Shown here piece after piece: positions 59,169 to 64,000 of a stretch of DNA of 64,000 nucleotides. The position numbers and the translations under genes were made by a program. The notes under the pieces are model-generated. The model ran no database searches. It was not told where the DNA came from and saw only the letters and a list, made by a program, of their open reading frames with translations. The first letter of the stretch is position 1; every line of letters begins with the position of its first letter. This stretch comes from Longimicrobiales bacterium (GTDB lineage Bacteria > Gemmatimonadota > Gemmatimonadetes > Longimicrobiales > Gaopeijiaceae): NCBI GenBank assembly GCA_965248195.1, contig CBDFIQ010000002.1, positions 1,984,001 through 2,048,000 on the forward strand. Direction: 5' to 3'.

Positions 59169-61973
59169 CTAGTCCGCTGCGAGGGATGAGAGCTTCCCTC
59201 GCAGCTTGTTCAACTGCTCCTCGAAGCTGCTCTGCTTCTCGCGCTCCCGGTCCACGATGTCCGGGGGTGCGCCCTTGAGGAATCCGTCATTCGACAACTT
59301 CGTACGAGTGCCTTCGACTTGGGCGTCCAGCCGGTCGACCTCCTCCTGTAGCCGCTGGCGTTCCCGCGCGACGTCGATCACGCCTTCAAGCGGAATGAAT
59401 ACCTCCACCCCGTTCTTGAGGACCGCGTGGGCGCCCACCGCGCCGGTGCTACCGGCTGCGGGTCTATCTCCGTCCTCATTCAACTCACACGTGTCGACCC
59501 TGGCCAGCCGCTGAAGCGTGGCCCCCTGCTCCTCGACCACGGTCTTGAACGGACCCTCGACCCCACTCAGCGTCAGCGTGACGCCGCTCCCTTCGGGTAC
59601 GGAGTACTCCTTCCGGAGGCTGCGCACCTGTGTCACGAGTTCTTGAAGCTCGCCCAGGCGCCGCTCGGATTCCTCGTCGACCAGACTCCCGTCCAGCTCA
59701 GGCCAGGGCGCCACGACCAAGGCCTCCGGCCGGTCCGCTCCAGCGGGCCACGGCAGCCGTTCCCACAGGGCCGACGTGACGAAGGGAGTGAGGGGATGTA
59801 GTAGCCGCAGAATTCCGTCGAGCACGGCCACGAGCGTGGCCCGCGCCGCCTGGAGGCTCTCGTCCCCGGATTTCCCCTGCATGCGGGGTTTGATCAGCTC
59901 CAAATACCAGTCAGCGAAATCCCCCCACACGAAGTGATAGAGCCGCTCCGACACCTCGTGGAGGCGGAAGCGCTCGAGCCCCTCGCTCACGCCCTCCGTC
60001 GTCCGTTGCAGGCGCGACAGAATCCAACGGTCCTCGAGTTCCAATGCACCGCTCACGTCCGCCACGGTGGGGACCGGATCGTCGCCCAGCGTCATCAGGG
60101 CAAATCGCCCGGCGTTCCAAAGCTTGTTGGCGAAGTTGCGCCCCGGCGAGAAAGACCCTTCCAGGTCATCTTGATCGAGTTGGATGTCTGTCCCTACCGC
60201 CGCCGCCGAAAGAAGCGTAAAACGGAGGGCGTCCGCCCCGAAAAGGTCGACGACTTCGATGGGATCGATGCCGTTGCCGCGGGACTTCGACATCCTGCGC
60301 CCCAGCCTGTCCCGGACCGTCCCGTGCAGAAGCACCTGCGTGAATGGTGCCTCTCCCATGAACTCGTATCCGGCCATGATCATGCGAGCCACCCAAAAGA
60401 ACAGGATATCCGGTGCGGTGACCATGTCGTGCGTCGGATAGAAGGCATCGAGGTCGTCGGTTTCTTCCGGCCACCCAAACACGGAAAAGGGCCACAACCA
60501 AGAGGAGAACCAGGTGTCGAGCACGTCCGGGTCCCGCTCGAGCTCCGTGCCGCCACACGACGTGCACCGGTCGGGATCGTCCCGTGCGACGATCGTGGCC
60601 TCGCATGACGCGCAGTACCACACCGGAATTCGGTGGCCCCACCAGAGTTGCCGAGAAATGCACCAGTCCCGAAGGTTTTCCATCCAGGTCTCGTAGACCT
60701 TCTTCCAATGCGGAGGCGTGAAAGTAATGGTCCCGTCCCTCAAAGCCTCGAGCGCCGGCTCGGCGAGAGGCTTCATGCGCACAAACCACTGTAGGCTCAA
60801 GCGCGGCTCCACGATCGTGTGGCACCGATAACAATGAGGCACCGAGTGAACGTGGATCTCCTCCCCGCCGTAGAGACCGAGTGCTTCGAAGTCGGCGACC
60901 ACCTTCTTGCGGGCTTCGAACCGATCGAGCCCGCGGAAAGACGCGGGCGCGTTCTCACTCATCGTCGCCTCGTCTGTCATCACGTCGAGCATCGGCAAGC
61001 CGCTTCTCTGAGCCATCTCGAAGTCGTTCCCGTCGTGCGCGGGCGTGACCTTCACCAGCCCCGAGCCGAACGCTGGATCCACCAGCTCATCCGCGATGAT
61101 CGGGATGGTCCGGCCGGTCAGGGGCAGCTCGACCTCCGCCCCGACCAGACCGGCGTAACGCTCGTCCTCGGGGCTCACCGCCACACCGGAGTCCCCTAGC
61201 ATGGTCTCCGGCCGAGTCGTCGACACGGTGAGGTACCACCGCCCGTCAGAAAGTCTGCCGACGGCCTCCGCAGCGGTCTCCCTTGCCGCTGCCTGGGCGA
61301 CTGCCGCAGCTTGTGCGGCCTTGTCCGCCGCCGCCGAAGCAAACGGGTACCGCAGGTGGTAGAGCCTACCCTCGACCTCCTCGCCCTCGGCCTCTTCATT
61401 GGACAGCGCCGTCAGGCAGCGGGGGCACCAGTTGATGATGTACTCCCCCCGGTAGATCAGATCCTTCTCGTAGAGGCGCACGAATACTTCGCGGACCGCC
61501 CGGCTGAGCCCCTCGTCGAATGTGAAGCGGGTACGGTCGAAGTCGCAGCTCGACCCGATCACCTTGAGCTGCTCCAGGATCCGGCCTCCCGTCCCGTTCA
61601 CGTGCTCCCAAACCCGCTCGACGAAGGCTTCTCGGCCAAGATCGTGACGCGACGCCCCCTCCTCCGCCAACCTTCTTTCGACGATGTTCTGAGTCGCGAT
61701 CCCGGCGTGGTCGGTCCCCGGGACCCAGAGTGAGGCTCGGCCCTGCATTCGCCGCCATCGAACCATCACGTCCTGGATCGTATTGTTGAGCCCGTGACCC
61801 ATGTGAAGTATGTCGGTCACATTGGGTGGCGGAATCACGACGACGTACGGCTCCCGGCCACCGGACAACACGGACTCGGGCTCGATGTGGAAGTGCCCGG
61901 CCTCACTCCAGGAACGGTAGAGAGGCTCTTCGATGGTCTTGGGATCCAAGCGCGGTGGCAACGCGTCGGCCAC
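59169..61973 (-). CDS. valS: Valine--tRNA ligase
   Basis: PPPNVT..LHMGH, PGTDHAGIATQ, TTRPETMLGD, KVTPAHD, DWCISRQLWWGH, DVLDTWFSS, RMSKS motifs. Confidence 0.97.
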   Translation of the reverse strand: MADALPPRLDPKTIEEPLYRSWSEAGHFHIEPESVLSGGREPYVVVIPPPNVTDILHMGHGLNNTIQDVMVRWRRMQGRASLWVPGTDHAGIATQNIVERRLAEEGASRHDLGREAFVERVWEHVNGTGGRILEQLKVIGSSCDFDRTRFTFDEGLSRAVREVFVRLYEKDLIYRGEYIINWCPRCLTALSNEEAEGEEVEGRLYHLRYPFASAAADKAAQAAAVAQAAARETAAEAVGRLSDGRWYLTVSTTRPETMLGDSGVAVSPEDERYAGLVGAEVELPLTGRTIPIIADELVDPAFGSGLVKVTPAHDGNDFEMAQRSGLPMLDVMTDEATMSENAPASFRGLDRFEARKKVVADFEALGLYGGEEIHVHSVPHCYRCHTIVEPRLSLQWFVRMKPLAEPALEALRDGTITFTPPHWKKVYETWMENLRDWCISRQLWWGHRIPVWYCASCEATIVARDDPDRCTSCGGTELERDPDVLDTWFSSWLWPFSVFGWPEETDDLDAFYPTHDMVTAPDILFFWVARMIMAGYEFMGEAPFTQVLLHGTVRDRLGRRMSKSRGNGIDPIEVVDLFGADALRFTLLSAAAVGTDIQLDQDDLEGSFSPGRNFANKLWNAGRFALMTLGDDPVPTVADVSGALELEDRWILSRLQRTTEGVSEGLERFRLHEVSERLYHFVWGDFADWYLELIKPRMQGKSGDESLQAARATLVAVLDGILRLLHPLTPFVTSALWERLPWPAGADRPEALVVAPWPELDGSLVDEESERRLGELQELVTQVRSLRKEYSVPEGSGVTLTLSGVEGPFKTVVEEQGATLQRLARVDTCELNEDGDRPAAGSTGAVGAHAVLKNGVEVFIPLEGVIDVARERQRLQEEVDRLDAQVEGTRTKLSNDGFLKGAPPDIVDREREKQSSFEEQLNKLRGKLSSLAAD

Positions 61974-61999
61974 GGTCGCTCCTGTCAGTTCGGGGAGTC

Positions 62000-62830
62000 C
62001 TACCGGCCGGAAGCTCCAGTCGTGTCGGACGCTGGGGGGTCCTCGCCCCGATCACCATCCCGCCGGCGCCGAATGGCTTCGGCGCGTTCCCTCCAACTCG
62101 ATCTCAGCGCTTGGACGTTGGCGCCGTTGAGGATGTCTTGATCCTCCCAAGCGCGGCGGCTCGCCACCTCCCTTTGCCAAGAGTTCCCTCTGAAATAGAA
62201 CGGCAGGGGAACCGTGATGTCGCCCAGGTGGAGCTGTCCCGGTGAGATGCCCCACCTCCGCCCCTGGTCATCGGTTGTGGTCCAGTCCGTGAGCGCCAAC
62301 TCCGCCGCGACGACTTCGGCGACCGAGTCGGTCCACTCTTCGAGTCGACCGGCCAGTTGGAGCTGCATCCTCTCGGCGTCGGTGAGCTCGAAGAGTTCGG
62401 GCATAGCCTCACGCCAGAGCCGTGCGTCAGAGCTCCGCACTCTCAATACCTCGGAGGCACGGCGGCGCCCAGGGGGCTCATCGAAATCGACACCGTCCGG
62501 AACGGGCGGGCCGACATCGGCGACCTCCGGCTGGAATTCGGCGGTCGGTTGGGAAGGGTCGTCAGGGGGCTCGGCGGTCAGGTCGGTGGGCTCGATCTCG
62601 ATCACCCGTACGATGCGCATGTCACTAAAAGCTCGAGAGGGCGAATCCACAGCCAAGAGGGTCTCCCGAGGACTCCACTGAGTGATGACCACGGAATAAA
62701 GTGCGATGACGCCGATGTGGAGGGCAGCCGACGCACCGATCCCTACGGCGAGGGCGCGCCTGTGCACCATGCCGCGATCTCTGGGCACGTCCCGCCCCGG
62801 GGAGCGGTCGGAATTCATCGGCGCTGTCAT
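62000..62830 (-). CDS. Hypothetical membrane-anchored protein
   Basis: SAALH TM anchor (TonB-like), Pro-rich linker, DWT...WGISPG.LHLG segment; start reassigned to 62830. Confidence 0.6.
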   Translation of the reverse strand: MTAPMNSDRSPGRDVPRDRGMVHRRALAVGIGASAALHIGVIALYSVVITQWSPRETLLAVDSPSRAFSDMRIVRVIEIEPTDLTAEPPDDPSQPTAEFQPEVADVGPPVPDGVDFDEPPGRRRASEVLRVRSSDARLWREAMPELFELTDAERMQLQLAGRLEEWTDSVAEVVAAELALTDWTTTDDQGRRWGISPGQLHLGDITVPLPFYFRGNSWQREVASRRAWEDQDILNGANVQALRSSWRERAEAIRRRRDGDRGEDPPASDTTGASGR

Positions 62831-62885
62831 TTCCGTACTAACCCCCCTCAGCTGGGCGGTTCCTCCAAGAAGGAGTCGGCCATCG

Positions 62886-64000
62886 TTACCCCACCACGAG
62901 CCTCCCCAGCCGTGCAGCGGCCTCCCCCATCCGCTCCTCGTCCACCGTGAGGGCGATCCTGAAGAAGCCCTCTCCGCCGCCGCCGAGCGCGGCGCCCGGA
63001 AGCACGACCACCCCCTCTTCCTCCAGCGCCCGTTCGGCGAAAGCCAGCGAGGACCCGCCACCGGGAACCGGGACCCAAACGAACAACGTAGCCTTTGGCT
63101 CGGTGACGGTGAATCCGGCTTGCCTCAGCCCGTCGACGGCCACATCACGGCGGGCCTGAAATCGGGCCACATTTCCCGGCACCCATTGCTCGTACCCCGC
63201 GAGCGCAGCCGCCCCGGCGGCTTGAACCGCCTTGAAGACCCCCGTGTCCATAAACGTCTTCACTCTAGTAAGGCTCTCGATCAAGCCCGCGTTCCCGGCG
63301 ACCCACCCGAGCCGCCAGCCGGTCATATTATAGGTCTTGGAGAAGGAGTGAAACTCGAGCGCGACCCCGTCGGCTCCTTCGACCTCCAAGATGCTCGGCG
63401 GACGGTACCCGTTAAAGGCGATCTCGCTGTACGCGTGATCGTAGACAAGCACCGCATCGTGCTCTCGGCAGAAGTTCACCGCGTCCTCGAGATATTCGGG
63501 CGGAGCCGTCGCCGTTGTTGGATTGTTCGGATAGTTGAGGTACATCAGCCGAAGACGGGACCGTACCTCGTCCGGGATCTCGCCAAGTGGGATCAGGTAG
63601 TCGTTCTCAGAGCGCAAGGGCACCAGATACGGCTCCCCCCCGGCCAGGATGACGCCGCCCTGGTAGACCTGGTATCCGGGGTCGGGAATCACGGCGCCAT
63701 CGCCCGGATTGAGAAAGGCAAGGGGTAACTTGGCGATACCCTCCTTGGAACCCATGAGCGGCAAGATTTCGGCGTACGGGTCGAGGCTCACACCGAAGCG
63801 CTGGCTCATCCACATTGTGATGGCCTCTCGGAAGTCCGGCAGACCCACCTGAAACGGGTACCGGGACATGCCCCGCTCCGCCCCAGCCTCGGCCAACCTG
63901 CGAACGGCCTCGGGAGGTGGGTCCAGGTCGGGGTCCCCAACTCCAAGATCGATGACGTCGACGCCGGCGGCCTCCAGCCGCTTTCTGACCTCTCGAATAC
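62886..64000 (-). CDS. dapL: LL-diaminopimelate aminotransferase-type class I/II aminotransferase (5' end outside window)
   Basis: DVIDLGVGDPD, GSKEG, PDPGY, LNYPNNPT, D.AYSE, EFHSFSKTYNMTGWRLG motifs. Confidence 0.75.
   Translation of the reverse strand, partial: IREVRKRLEAAGVDVIDLGVGDPDLDPPPEAVRRLAEAGAERGMSRYPFQVGLPDFREAITMWMSQRFGVSLDPYAEILPLMGSKEGIAKLPLAFLNPGDGAVIPDPGYQVYQGGVILAGGEPYLVPLRSENDYLIPLGEIPDEVRSRLRLMYLNYPNNPTTATAPPEYLEDAVNFCREHDAVLVYDHAYSEIAFNGYRPPSILEVEGADGVALEFHSFSKTYNMTGWRLGWVAGNAGLIESLTRVKTFMDTGVFKAVQAAGAAALAGYEQWVPGNVARFQARRDVAVDGLRQAGFTVTEPKATLFVWVPVPGGGSSLAFAERALEEEGVVVLPGAALGGGGEGFFRIALTVDEERMGEAAARLGRLVVG

Noticed and set aside
1..64000. Numerous long ORFs antisense to or overlapping identified genes
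   Set aside because: Expected shadow ORFs in high-GC DNA; no recognisable domains

Overview
High-GC bacterial chromosome segment. Gene order and protein character suggest Gemmatimonadota (inference only). Two blocks of minus-strand housekeeping genes flank an accessory region. The left block (1-30 kb) has nusB, ribH, ribBA, ribE, ribD, purM, argS, methylmalonyl-CoA mutase and propionyl-CoA carboxylase genes, rlmD, rpsA, cmk, aroA, tyrA, rnz and nadAC. The right block (52.6-64 kb) has purH, purN, iscA/erpA, selA, valS and dapL. The accessory region (~30.3-52.5 kb) is anchored at a tRNA-Ser(TGA). It holds an ECF sigma/FecR/TonB-receptor module whose receptor is frameshifted at a C9 tract, four IS copies (2x IS256, IS3 family, IS5 family; three interrupt reconstructable genes), two PQQ-type dehydrogenases and a Spondin-CHRD lipoprotein. 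It also holds an orphan 3' half of tRNA-Leu(TAA) with arm-type repeats, a truncated integrase/excisionase element, and a coupled pair encoding a cytochrome c/copper-monooxygenase-like protein and a secreted partner. Other notable patterns are a ~250-aa hyperacidic repeat tail on ribosomal protein S1, frequent in-frame tandem micro-duplications in core enzymes, and repeated inactivation of cell-surface genes. No CRISPR array, reverse transcriptase or rRNA was seen.
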